Origin: a virus
Direction: 5' to 3' (one strand)
IMG/VR virus record: IMGVR_UViG_3300029106_000003
Location: 1,317 to 65,316 of that record
DNA: 64,000 nucleotides
Below, piece by piece: positions 45,573 to 54,425 of this stretch. A program made the translations under genes and the position numbers. Below the pieces are notes generated by a model. It saw nothing but the letters and a program-made list of their open reading frames with translations, did no database searches and was not told where the DNA came from. The stretch's first letter is position 1. Every line of letters starts with the position of its first letter.

Positions 45573-46010
45573 CTACAATGACAGCAAAAACTTATACGCT
45601 TTAAGATACTTGTTCAATCTCGGTAAGTCTTCCTCTATTATTTGAGGTAAACGGGTTACGTCCAAATTGTCCTCCAAGTCGTGCAGCTTTACTTGTCTTC
45701 CAATAGGATTCAATCTACACCGTTTTATGAAATCGTCATAGATCTCATCATCGTTACGAGTGACAGAAAGTATAGCATCCACAATATTATGAGGAAAGCC
45801 TTCCATTAGTAAATATTCAGCAGTAACTTCGGTATCTTCTATCGTGTCATGCAATAAAGCTACTATGCGCTCCTCATCTGTTTTGCATCGGTTTGCCACA
45901 CGGATAGGGTGGAAGATGTAGGCTGCTCCAGCTTTATCGGTTTGTCCGCTATGGGCTTTGACGGCGATTTGAAGGGCTTTTTCTAATAGTGAATTTTTAG
46001 TACATGTCAT
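45573..46010 (-). CDS. HD-domain small alarmone hydrolase (SpoT/Mesh1-type)
   Basis: HSGQTDKAGAAYIFHPIRVA and LLHDTIEDT motifs. Confidence 0.8.
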   Translation of the reverse strand: MTCTKNSLLEKALQIAVKAHSGQTDKAGAAYIFHPIRVANRCKTDEERIVALLHDTIEDTEVTAEYLLMEGFPHNIVDAILSVTRNDDEIYDDFIKRCRLNPIGRQVKLHDLEDNLDVTRLPQIIEEDLPRLNKYLKAYKFLLSL

Positions 46011-46227
46011 ATTCTGATTTGGGTATTTCTATACCTCCTAATATTATCTCGCAAACGGTTTCATTTGACTGTGATATTTCCTTTTCATTGCGTCTTCCTT
46101 TGTGCTTAATGAAAGCATTTGTCTTTCCATTTTCAAGAACAAGACGTATTGCAGATTCTTCAAAATCGTCTAAAATATAGACTTCTTCACCCGCTTGTAA
46201 TTTTTTTTGTAGGATATTTGGGTTCAT
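45997..46227 (-). CDS. Small hypothetical protein between the RSH fusion and the hydrolase (candidate cognate antitoxin)
   Basis: 76 aa; overlaps the HD gene by 14 nt. Confidence 0.55.
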   Translation of the reverse strand: MNPNILQKKLQAGEEVYILDDFEESAIRLVLENGKTNAFIKHKGRRNEKEISQSNETVCEIILGGIEIPKSEYDMY

Positions 46228-46251
46228 ATTTATATGTAAAGATAATTATTT

Positions 46252-47871
46252 TTATCGGAAATGACTATAATATTCAATAGATTTTTCTACTATTTTTAGT
46301 GCTTCATTACTTGATTTATCGAGTATGCGCCATTGCTCATAATATTTATGTCCGAGACCACCTTCCATTCCTGTCTCATTATGTATTTCTTCCCAACGTT
46401 TTTTCCCAAGAATACGTTTCGCATCTTCCGGCCTTTCTTTTGCAAAAATCATACGTTCCGTATTAACTTGTATTTCCGCAGTAAGACCATTTGTGGTTCT
46501 TATGTTTACGATGTTTCCACTATATACCATGAATGATTCTGGTTTTTGCCTTTTAAGGCGTAAGAAGCCTTCCGTTTTGTACAGTTCTTCTAACACATCT
46601 TCTATTCGGGACTTCGGAACGATTATGGTTGTTCTTACAGCACCTTTAATATCGTATGGAGTTATACCTTCTGTGATGACTTTTCTTGTGATAGAAGTTG
46701 TACTCTTGAAATTAATAGGCGTAACATAACCACCATTTTTTATTGCGATCCGTTCTGCTATGGACTGTACTTCATCTCCCACTGATGATGCTCGTTTTAC
46801 AATTTCCGAAATGGAACTTTCAACTGTTATTTTCTGATAAACGGATTTATTATCACGCAAAAAGTATGGTAAAGTATTACGTTTTTTTGCTGTGCTGATG
46901 CGCTCTTGATTATCTAATACCCACTTTTTGAAAGCGTCCGGTACGTCTTTAACTTCGTTCACGCTTGCTGTCGTGGCTTCATTCCGACCGTCCCATTCCC
47001 AAAATTCTTCTTCGGTTTTTAGAATGGGTATCTTGTAACACCGGCAAAGGGGATGCCAACCGGTCCATTGGAAGTCTTTCGGGTACTTCCCAGCTAGTAT
47101 ATCGCAAATGTCTTGGAAAGGCTTTCCGTTACAAGTATGATTGTTGCTCAACTTGATTTCATATCCCACCACGAAGTCCATCTGCTGCCAGCGTAGATTT
47201 TCCGCTTGGCGGTATGCCATATTGATTTCGGAAGCAGCCAAACGGATAGAACGATACTCGCAATCCATTGCCCGTGATGCTTTTCCGAACCTTTCCTTGT
47301 AATCTTTTTGTAGTTGCGGGAAATCGAGCAGATATTTGGAGATTTGCTTACTTAATGTAATTGCACTCGTACCTTTTTGAATGGCACATGATATAGCTTC
47401 TTCAAGTTCTTGCTTATACAGAGTCGATTGATTCCACAACTTATCTGATATGGTAAATCCTTTATCCTTACGTTGCTGAAACGCTTTCAATGCATCATTA
47501 TTGGGCTGGTATAGGATTTCGTATTTCTCCTTTCCTATGGTTGCGCCATAAGTTTGCAATACTTTGTTGGCAAGAAGATCTTGAACTTCGTTGCTGTTTT
47601 TCCATTCTTCAGAAGTTCCACTATATATTACAGATCCGATGTCCTCAACGAACCGTTCTTGTAAGTCTCTTATCCGTTTCCTTGTTTGGGGATAATCCGA
47701 CCACATAAACGTCCTATCACTATCAATGGTAAAATCGGTAATTCCGACTATTTTAGCCGCCTCTAAATTCAAATCCTCGTATATGGATTCCACAAGCATG
47801 ACGTACTTGGCGAGCCGTTTATTCAGCTCGCCGTACTTGCGTTTCTGATTTGGAGTTTTTGGCTTTGCCAT
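46252..47871 (-). CDS. Head morphogenesis protein (MuF / SPP1 gp7 family) with a C-terminal RelA/SpoT-like nucleotidyltransferase domain
   Basis: MuF core NHTCNGKPF...GWHPLCRCY (aa ~245-280); C-terminal FKSTTSITRKV, DIKGAVRTTIIV, VYSGNIVNI, TAEIQVNTERM (aa ~385-475). Confidence 0.75.
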   Translation of the reverse strand: MAKPKTPNQKRKYGELNKRLAKYVMLVESIYEDLNLEAAKIVGITDFTIDSDRTFMWSDYPQTRKRIRDLQERFVEDIGSVIYSGTSEEWKNSNEVQDLLANKVLQTYGATIGKEKYEILYQPNNDALKAFQQRKDKGFTISDKLWNQSTLYKQELEEAISCAIQKGTSAITLSKQISKYLLDFPQLQKDYKERFGKASRAMDCEYRSIRLAASEINMAYRQAENLRWQQMDFVVGYEIKLSNNHTCNGKPFQDICDILAGKYPKDFQWTGWHPLCRCYKIPILKTEEEFWEWDGRNEATTASVNEVKDVPDAFKKWVLDNQERISTAKKRNTLPYFLRDNKSVYQKITVESSISEIVKRASSVGDEVQSIAERIAIKNGGYVTPINFKSTTSITRKVITEGITPYDIKGAVRTTIIVPKSRIEDVLEELYKTEGFLRLKRQKPESFMVYSGNIVNIRTTNGLTAEIQVNTERMIFAKERPEDAKRILGKKRWEEIHNETGMEGGLGHKYYEQWRILDKSSNEALKIVEKSIEYYSHFR

Positions 47872-47877
47872 TGCGTA

Positions 47878-48240
47878 TTATTTATTTTCAACCCTGTCAG
47901 GTGCTGGCATTTCCAATAAACGAATAGCTTTAATTGTTTCTTTACCCTCTAGTATTGCTTTACATAAGCGGTGGTATCCATCGGCGATTTGTCCTACATC
48001 ATCAAGAATAATAGGATATTCAAGAGAACATTGATTCACTCGTTTGCACTGAAATATAAAACTATGAAGTTGATTACACTCAAACGGCTCTGCTGTCAAG
48101 TCAATATTCCATAAGGGCATATCAAGTATAGGGTATTCTTTTACTTTTGCAAAGTCATAGAGTGTTTGAGCTTTCCAGATCTTGTCTCCACGATGATATT
48201 CACTTTCGCTAAAAGTTATGTTATCTATAGGAACCTGCAT
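47878..48240 (-). CDS. Small ParB/Srx-like domain protein
   Basis: ...ILDDVGQIADGYHRLCKAIL... DGxHR motif. Confidence 0.55.
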   Translation of the reverse strand: MQVPIDNITFSESEYHRGDKIWKAQTLYDFAKVKEYPILDMPLWNIDLTAEPFECNQLHSFIFQCKRVNQCSLEYPIILDDVGQIADGYHRLCKAILEGKETIKAIRLLEMPAPDRVENK

Positions 48241-48241
48241 A

Positions 48242-48589
48242 TTATTCTTTTTTTATATATACTTTGATTTCACCGGTAACATGGAGTTCATCACCAACTT
48301 TTTCAACGGAGTATTCTATTAGCCCCCTCTGGTTGATTGAGCTTACAATTGATTGGAGAACTTCATCCTTTACTTCTTTGATGAACATTTCATCTGATTT
48401 TCGATTAGACCAACCTTCATCAAGTTTCTTCTTTTTTCGGTAATCCTTGATTTCTTTTTTAGTTCGGGCAAGGCAGATACCAAGCTTCTTTGCTTCGTAG
48501 TTATCAACTCGTTCAATACTACTCAATCTTTCTTGTGGATTGATTTTTTCTGCTAATCTAATAAGCCAGTTTGATATTTTTGTCTTCAT
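48242..48589 (-). CDS. Hypothetical protein
   Basis: ORF track. Confidence 0.55.
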   Translation of the reverse strand: MKTKISNWLIRLAEKINPQERLSSIERVDNYEAKKLGICLARTKKEIKDYRKKKKLDEGWSNRKSDEMFIKEVKDEVLQSIVSSINQRGLIEYSVEKVGDELHVTGEIKVYIKKE

Positions 48590-48607
48590 GATTTTAAGTT
48601 TTAAGCC

Positions 48608-48635
48608 AGCAGCGTAAACATCTGCTTACGCTGCT
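48608..48635. terminator. Perfect 10-bp hairpin (terminator or RNA-stability element)
   Basis: AGCAGCGTAA-8 nt-TTACGCTGCT; a T tract follows only on the plus strand. Confidence 0.35.
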
Positions 48636-48664
48636 TTAACCTTTTTTACAGCTTGGCAGATAGG

Positions 48665-49165
48665 CTATTGTACAATTTCCCAGTCTTCTGCAAACACATC
48701 ACTGATGGATGGTACCCACGAATCAGCACGTCCCGTATTTTCGTTATAGATAAGGCATTGGCTTGTATAGTCAATAAAACCTTTTCCTTTCAGAATAAGG
48801 TCTTTTGCTGATTGAGGAAGCGATTGCATCTTGGGAATGGTATCGCTTTCAATATGTGCAGGCACTTGCTTGAATACCGTCAGGCCTTTGCCGTTCCAGC
48901 CGTTTCTACGGATAGCCCCACCTTGCTTCAAAACTTCGATAGCATCACCGAAACACATAGGAGTTTCTTTCTTGACTTCTCGATATGATTCTTCAAACAA
49001 TTCTTTGGGGGACCAACTTTCATAGCCATATTCAGCACGAGTGTGATATCCAAGCTTGCAAGATTCATGCTCTCCTATTTCACTTTTTACCAAACCTTTA
49101 CGGCAAGCTTCGCCTAATGTCATAGGTTCTGCTTCAATCTGTTTTGTGCTAATGTACTTTTTCAT
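48665..49165 (-). CDS. DUF2829 (Tad2-like) domain protein with a ~65-aa N-terminal extension
   Basis: FGDAIEVLKQGGAIRRNGWNGKGLTVF ... SWVPSISDVFAEDWEIV is the DUF2829 signature. Confidence 0.7.
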   Translation of the reverse strand: MKKYISTKQIEAEPMTLGEACRKGLVKSEIGEHESCKLGYHTRAEYGYESWSPKELFEESYREVKKETPMCFGDAIEVLKQGGAIRRNGWNGKGLTVFKQVPAHIESDTIPKMQSLPQSAKDLILKGKGFIDYTSQCLIYNENTGRADSWVPSISDVFAEDWEIVQ

Positions 49166-49186
49166 GATAGTATATTTATTTACAAA

Positions 49187-49477
49187 TTAAACATCTTCCT
49201 CTTCATAAGCCATCTTTGCACTCATGACACCAACCGAACTTAGCATCCTGATAGAAAGCCCCTTTTGTACGTCAAGCTCAAAAATCATATTGTCATTGAA
49301 TTGAGCGGCAGGGTATTGATACAATAGCGCATAATCCATTCCTTCCAGCTTTGCGTATATACTAAGTGTGCCACTCTTCTCTCTGTCTATCTGCATTACA
49401 CATTTTCCAACAGAAGTAAACTCACAGGAATAGCCCTGTTTTTCTTTACTAAATTCTAGTACATCAGTTTTTGCCAT
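49187..49477 (-). CDS. Hypothetical protein
   Basis: ORF track. Confidence 0.55.
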   Translation of the reverse strand: MAKTDVLEFSKEKQGYSCEFTSVGKCVMQIDREKSGTLSIYAKLEGMDYALLYQYPAAQFNDNMIFELDVQKGLSIRMLSSVGVMSAKMAYEEEDV

Positions 49478-49497
49478 AATATTTATATTTTAGATTA

Positions 49498-50898
49498 TTA
49501 TTCCGGTTCTTCGAATATATTGCTTATCCTGCTTCTGGAAGCATCTGCATCTTCTTTTTGGATTTGGGCAAGAGTTTCTTGTGGATCAGTAGAGATACCT
49601 AAGTTCTTGATGGCCTCTAATTGGCTGACAACTGCTTTTCCACCACTTGCTGTAACCCATTTTTCTATTTCTGACTTTTCATCATTTTGGATAAACGGAG
49701 TTATGATGTGCTCAACCTCAACATTATCTACTTCATTTTTCCAAGAAACATTCATCATTTTTAGAAAGGCTTTGATTACGCTACATTCACGTTCAAATGC
49801 TTCTATCCATGCACCACTTTCATCTCCAACCTTTAAATGAGCGTCAGTAAGTAAAGTCTGCCTTGCATCAAATCCGATATTGCCAAGAGACTTCATGTTT
49901 TCGAAGGAAATATCCGGCATTTGTGATTGTGACCAGAACAACTCAACAAGGGTATCGACATGATATTTTAATGCCTCGATAGATTGTGCCCATGAAACAT
50001 AGGACACGTCCCCGTTTTGTTCTACTCGGTAAACTCTACGGCTTTCTCCTTTATCTTCTCCTCCTTTTATGCCACCTGCTATTTTTAGGATAGGAGCGGA
50101 GTTATATGCTATGACATCGCTATTGCGTGAGAGGGTATATTCGATTTCTTTTCTGATATAGGAAAGACCGTGATAAATGGGAACAGGACGATAAACGTAT
50201 ACTCCAGGTATTTTCAGAATAACGACCGGTTCTGATTTTACTAATTCCCAGCCGTTTCCCTGTTGTTTCCATTTATAATGAATGTTTGCCGTGTATGTCT
50301 CGAAATAGGTAACTTCTTCATTTTTGGCCTTTTTTGTGTATTCAAAAGACATTGCGATCATATCGCCAAGCTCATCAAGTAGAGGGTATAAGCTAACACC
50401 GTCCATTGGTGAGTAGGTTTTGCATTTTAGCTTATATTTACTTTTAAAGCCGTATAGAGTGTTGGGATTCTCAACTGTGTACCAAATGGTGAACACTTCG
50501 CATGAAGCAAAGTAAGCATTGCCTCGCTTAATATTCTCACTGTCAATACGGGCATACTTATATATCGCTTCAATCGCTTTCGCAATACTTTGGCGGGTTT
50601 CATTGTCTTCTATATTGTGATATACACGTTTAACCGGGATAGCGAACATGAATTCAGTCATTCGCTTGGTGAGGAGTTTTTCAAGTCCGATGTAGATACG
50701 GGAAGCTTTTTCTGTATCTCCATTAGAGCGGATCTTATCTTTACGGGTAACTGTGTCAGATACTATATCATGTTCTGTTGGTTCGTAGTCTTTGAGAAGT
50801 TTATCCCATGAGGGGACTGTTACAGACTTTTCTTTCAAATCGTTGATTATGTTATCAACGGGCCGCGTACTGTCTAAGATAGAGGTGATTTCGTCCAT
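49498..50898 (-). CDS. Portal protein (SPP1 gp6-like)
   Basis: 466 aa; size, acidic C-terminus and sequence pattern typical of Gp6-type portals; MuF gene nearby. Confidence 0.75.
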   Translation of the reverse strand: MDEITSILDSTRPVDNIINDLKEKSVTVPSWDKLLKDYEPTEHDIVSDTVTRKDKIRSNGDTEKASRIYIGLEKLLTKRMTEFMFAIPVKRVYHNIEDNETRQSIAKAIEAIYKYARIDSENIKRGNAYFASCEVFTIWYTVENPNTLYGFKSKYKLKCKTYSPMDGVSLYPLLDELGDMIAMSFEYTKKAKNEEVTYFETYTANIHYKWKQQGNGWELVKSEPVVILKIPGVYVYRPVPIYHGLSYIRKEIEYTLSRNSDVIAYNSAPILKIAGGIKGGEDKGESRRVYRVEQNGDVSYVSWAQSIEALKYHVDTLVELFWSQSQMPDISFENMKSLGNIGFDARQTLLTDAHLKVGDESGAWIEAFERECSVIKAFLKMMNVSWKNEVDNVEVEHIITPFIQNDEKSEIEKWVTASGGKAVVSQLEAIKNLGISTDPQETLAQIQKEDADASRSRISNIFEEPE

Positions 50899-50937
50899 TT
50901 GAGTAGAATATTACTTAATATTCGTTTTTACTTGGTG

Positions 50938-50974
50938 CAAATATAATAAAAGTCGCGTAATTTATATCACTTTT
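50938..50974 (-). promoter_or_regulatory. Late-type promoter P5 (portal block)
   Basis: Minus strand AAAAGTGATATAAATTACGCGACTTTT (outer arms conserved, core diverged), 2 nt, then TATATTTG. Confidence 0.5.
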
Positions 50975-50976
50975 AT

Positions 50977-51249
50977 TTATAAATATCCAACTAATTTGAT
51001 AGCTTCATGCATGTAATAAGGGAAATTAATGACAGCAATCTCACCAGAATATCCACAACGCCATAATTCAGCCTGCCAATCTTGTATATCATCACGTTCA
51101 TCAATATTGTACTTCTTCATTAAATCTCTCATGATAGCGCAATCCTCATATCTTTCCGTAACTTTAGCAGAAGAATAAAGATTGAGTAAGACGTATTCTC
51201 CATAAAGGAGGAGTACTTTTTCAAATATATCAAGTCGATCTTGTGTCAT
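50977..51249 (-). CDS. Hypothetical protein
   Basis: ORF track. Confidence 0.55.
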   Translation of the reverse strand: MTQDRLDIFEKVLLLYGEYVLLNLYSSAKVTERYEDCAIMRDLMKKYNIDERDDIQDWQAELWRCGYSGEIAVINFPYYMHEAIKLVGYL

Positions 51250-51257
51250 ATCTATTT

Positions 51258-51575
51258 TTAAAAGTCACACATTATAGTATATTTAGTTTGCAAAATCTTT
51301 AGAACCTTCTCTGTTACATGAATTATATTTTCATTATACCTTCTTACGTTTCTACCATATCCCTGTATGTCTTTGTTTATCTCCTGGCGAAGTGTAGTAC
51401 TTTTAGGCAAACTGATTTCATAGAAATTGCCATCAATTGAAGTTATCAACATATCAGCTTGCTTCTTTTGACAATCAAGTTCTGTTTCTTTGTATTCACC
51501 TTTGGGAATGAAATTAGGATTGGGTACTAAGTAGCCTTCTGCTACTACATTTCCATTTATATCATATACTTTCAT
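51258..51575 (-). CDS. Hypothetical protein
   Basis: ORF track. Confidence 0.55.
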   Translation of the reverse strand: MKVYDINGNVVAEGYLVPNPNFIPKGEYKETELDCQKKQADMLITSIDGNFYEISLPKSTTLRQEINKDIQGYGRNVRRYNENIIHVTEKVLKILQTKYTIMCDF

Positions 51576-51862
51576 AATCGTGTTTTCATGACATTATCAG
51601 TAATTTTGTTCCCTGTACTATCAAATACTTCTATGGTTGGTCTACCTCCGTTATCAATAGGAGAAATAGCCTCTGATGTTTCATATAAAGTTTCTCCGTC
51701 TGTAACCATTATCTGCTTGTCATCTTCAAAACAAAGTACATCTTCACCTTCCCATGATTTTATTATTTCTAACGCTTCTTTATAACTTTCTGCTTCGATA
51801 GAAAACTGAGTACGCTCCCAACATGTTACTTTGCGGTCCTGATAAAAATCAAATGTTTTCAT
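51572..51862 (-). CDS. Hypothetical protein
   Basis: First gene after repeat-promoter R3. Confidence 0.55.
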   Translation of the reverse strand: MKTFDFYQDRKVTCWERTQFSIEAESYKEALEIIKSWEGEDVLCFEDDKQIMVTDGETLYETSEAISPIDNGGRPTIEVFDSTGNKITDNVMKTRL

Positions 51863-51884
51863 TGCTATACTATTTTAGTAAATA

Positions 51885-51990
51885 ATATTGGTTTCTTTTA
51901 GTATTGTAAAGATACTCATTATCAGTGAGTTAACCAAATATTTACAACCTTATTTTGTTCATAATCAGGAGTTTAACTTTTGGGAACTTT
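51885..51990 (-). repeat. R3: promoter-leader repeat (copy 3 of 3, most diverged)
   Basis: Shares ttttagtattgtaaagatactcattatcag.gagttaaccaaatatttaca...agtttaacttttgg with R1 and R2. Confidence 0.75.
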
Positions 51991-52182
51991 ACAATTTCCG
52001 TTTATATCCTGCTTTGTCCCATTATAAAATCTCATCATGTTTATTCTTGTATTAATTTTTTGCTTAATATTTTTCTTTTTGAGTTGTTCACCCCACTGAT
52101 AGGCTTCCTCAATGACACTCTTGCAATGTTTCTTCTCCCAATTCTCGCAGAAAGGATATGACTTGTATATACTCTCAATCAT
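51973..52182 (-). CDS. Small hypothetical protein
   Basis: ORF track. Confidence 0.45.
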   Translation of the reverse strand: MIESIYKSYPFCENWEKKHCKSVIEEAYQWGEQLKKKNIKQKINTRINMMRFYNGTKQDINGNCKVPKS

Positions 52183-52217
52183 GTTTCAAATAATTTTTTA
52201 TAACTCATATTTTACTC

Positions 52218-52652
52218 CTAATTTTCATCAAATATGCTTTCGATTTTTTTGTTCACCCTGTCACATGTATCTCCAAAGGAAATGGCAAAAGATTCGTCGC
52301 CTACACGGTCTATGATGGATCGCAGGTCACGGGCGATGTGGTTGAACGCCCGCAGTTCTTCCAGCATAGGGAGGGTAACAGTGCCGTCATATTTTTTCAG
52401 TAGCGAAAGTAAATCGACAGCGGAGGATTCTGCAATGTCCGCCAACACTGGGATTTTTCTCAGGAGGCGATTACATTTATCTTTGTCCTCTTTGCTCATG
52501 GTGTCGGTGATTGTTTTTGCCGTGACTTGCTCACGGGTTTGTAGTAGCCGGTCGTATTGCCTTCGTAAGTTGTCAAACAGAGCGAAGTCACCCCTTCTCA
52601 GAGCCTTCTCCATCTTCCGGCTGTACTCCTCTTTCAATATTTCAATGTCCAT
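52218..52652 (-). CDS. Hypothetical helical protein
   Basis: ORF track. Confidence 0.6.
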   Translation of the reverse strand: MDIEILKEEYSRKMEKALRRGDFALFDNLRRQYDRLLQTREQVTAKTITDTMSKEDKDKCNRLLRKIPVLADIAESSAVDLLSLLKKYDGTVTLPMLEELRAFNHIARDLRSIIDRVGDESFAISFGDTCDRVNKKIESIFDEN

Positions 52653-52881
52653 GATTATTCCAAAGTTTAACTAATTGTTTTTCTGTATATGGTTCTTTTA
52701 CACCCATATTTGCATTCACATACCATATTCCTATGGAATCAACAAGTATGAACTCATTTATCTTTATCTGGTATATCTCACTATCGGGGTGTGCTTCTTT
52801 TACAGCAATTAATGTATCTCCATTTGTATAGCAGCTTGTTAGTATAAGCGATACTAATAAAAGCAATAAAAATTTCTTCAT
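52642..52881 (-). CDS. Small lipoprotein
   Basis: MKKFLLLLLVSLILTSC lipobox; ATG 52881 follows the upstream stop at 52884. Confidence 0.6.
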   Translation of the reverse strand: MKKFLLLLLVSLILTSCYTNGDTLIAVKEAHPDSEIYQIKINEFILVDSIGIWYVNANMGVKEPYTEKQLVKLWNNHGH

Positions 52882-52883
52882 AG

Positions 52884-53621
52884 TTACTCCTCCCACTCGA
52901 TTTTAATGGTTGTAATATAGCCATATTCTATACTTCTATTTTTCAAGGCATCTTCCTTAGTTAAATAAGCACAACAAACTGTATCCTCGAAATCTTTATA
53001 GATATTAATCCACCCCTCTTTCTTTTCGGGGAGCATCATGAGGTCTCTTTCAGTTCCAACATTACATTTTCCATCTTTGTTGTAATAGAATATAGCTTCA
53101 CATCCTTTATCTTCCAATAATGCTATAATTGGATAATTACCTTTGTTAATAGTATCAAAGCAAATAATCCTTGCCTTTCTACCATCACGAGTACATACAG
53201 GTTTACCGGCTTTGGCTGCTTCGAAGTCAAAGGGTTTTAGATTCAATTTCTTTTCTTCCATATTTTCTAATTTTAATTCGGTTTCTACTAAAAATGAGTC
53301 TTTATCACAGGAGTCAAAATTACATGCTTGCTCTTTAAACAAACAGTGCACACATGAGTATCCATCAATAGACCTCAATCTTTGAAGTACTTTACCCTCA
53401 TAAACAAAAGGCTCTCCGACCTTTTCAAGTTTCTTGAAGATTACAGATTTACCATCTTTTCTATTGCTTGATAAACATTCTCCTCTTATCTTAAATGCAT
53501 CAATACAATGAATATTATTCTGGACAGTTAAATTACAATTCTCACATCCAAAAGATTTTGTATGAATACACTGATACCATTCTCCGTTGTACTCAAATAT
53601 TTCTCCTACTTTTCTTTCCAT
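52884..53621 (-). CDS. Cys-rich hypothetical protein
   Basis: 245 aa with several CxxC-like pairs (CENCN, CVHC). Confidence 0.6.
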   Translation of the reverse strand: MERKVGEIFEYNGEWYQCIHTKSFGCENCNLTVQNNIHCIDAFKIRGECLSSNRKDGKSVIFKKLEKVGEPFVYEGKVLQRLRSIDGYSCVHCLFKEQACNFDSCDKDSFLVETELKLENMEEKKLNLKPFDFEAAKAGKPVCTRDGRKARIICFDTINKGNYPIIALLEDKGCEAIFYYNKDGKCNVGTERDLMMLPEKKEGWINIYKDFEDTVCCAYLTKEDALKNRSIEYGYITTIKIEWEE

Positions 53622-53944
53622 ATCTTACTGTATTTTAATCGTTCAAATTCTATTATCTCCTTATCCCATAGTTGGGCCACGAAATGTTCTAACTGGCAGC
53701 CCTTGGATTTTTCCCAACCGGGGCAAAGGCATATCGCATCGCATTCCATTAGTGCCTTTATATCGTTTCCCAGAAGTTCATGATAGGGTTTGTCCAAATC
53801 GGGGTTTACATCGAAGTCTATCGGTGTGACGACACGGTAACCTTCCCCTTCGAGGACTCCCGAAACGTATAGTATTTCACTTTCCACTTCATCGAAGTCC
53901 CTGCCGGTGATGGGTAGGGAGATGTAGATTTTCTTTTTATTCAT
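53606..53944 (-). CDS. DUF4406 (nucleoside 2-deoxyribosyltransferase-like) protein
   Basis: KIYISLPITG ... DAICLCPGWEKSKGCQLEHFVA pattern; ATG 53944. Confidence 0.65.
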   Translation of the reverse strand: MNKKKIYISLPITGRDFDEVESEILYVSGVLEGEGYRVVTPIDFDVNPDLDKPYHELLGNDIKALMECDAICLCPGWEKSKGCQLEHFVAQLWDKEIIEFERLKYSKIWKEK

Positions 53945-53966
53945 TTTCAATGATTGCTTTATAATA

Positions 53967-54293
53967 TTATCTGTTATCTCCATTTCCGCCAATCACACCC
54001 CTTTGTTTCCGGGAAGCTAATTTGGTATAGTTCATTTCTCCGATTTTTTCAAGCGTATATCCTAAGTCATGTGAGAGGGTAGCGATATACCAAAGCACAT
54101 CGCCGAGTTCCTTTGCCAATTCGCATTTTATGCTTTCTGAGAAATCTCCGTTGTGGTCTCGTAGTACCTTTTTTACTTTATCCGATACTTCGCCGGCTTC
54201 TCCAGTCAGTCCGAGTGTCGGGTAAATTATGTTATATTCTCTCCGGTATTGAGCTGTTTCAAGTGCCTTTTTCTGATATTCATTCAGTGTCAT
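53967..54293 (-). CDS. MazG-like nucleotide pyrophosphohydrolase
   Basis: LTGEAGEVSDKVKK and ELGDVLWYIATL motifs. Confidence 0.8.
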   Translation of the reverse strand: MTLNEYQKKALETAQYRREYNIIYPTLGLTGEAGEVSDKVKKVLRDHNGDFSESIKCELAKELGDVLWYIATLSHDLGYTLEKIGEMNYTKLASRKQRGVIGGNGDNR

Positions 54294-54425
54294 TTTTATT
54301 CTCCTTTTTAGTTATAATATTGATTATCTCATTATGTTTGGTATTAAATCTTTGATGTATGCCCTGCGAACTATATTTACATCACGTAAAAAGAGGAAAA
54401 GACCTTGTTCGTCCGTAATCATATT

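Noticed and set aside
26571-51990. CRISPR array formed by the repeated ~120-bp elements
   Set aside because: There are only three copies, 11-14 kb apart, each a promoter-leader in front of a gene. There is no short regular repeat-spacer structure anywhere in the window.
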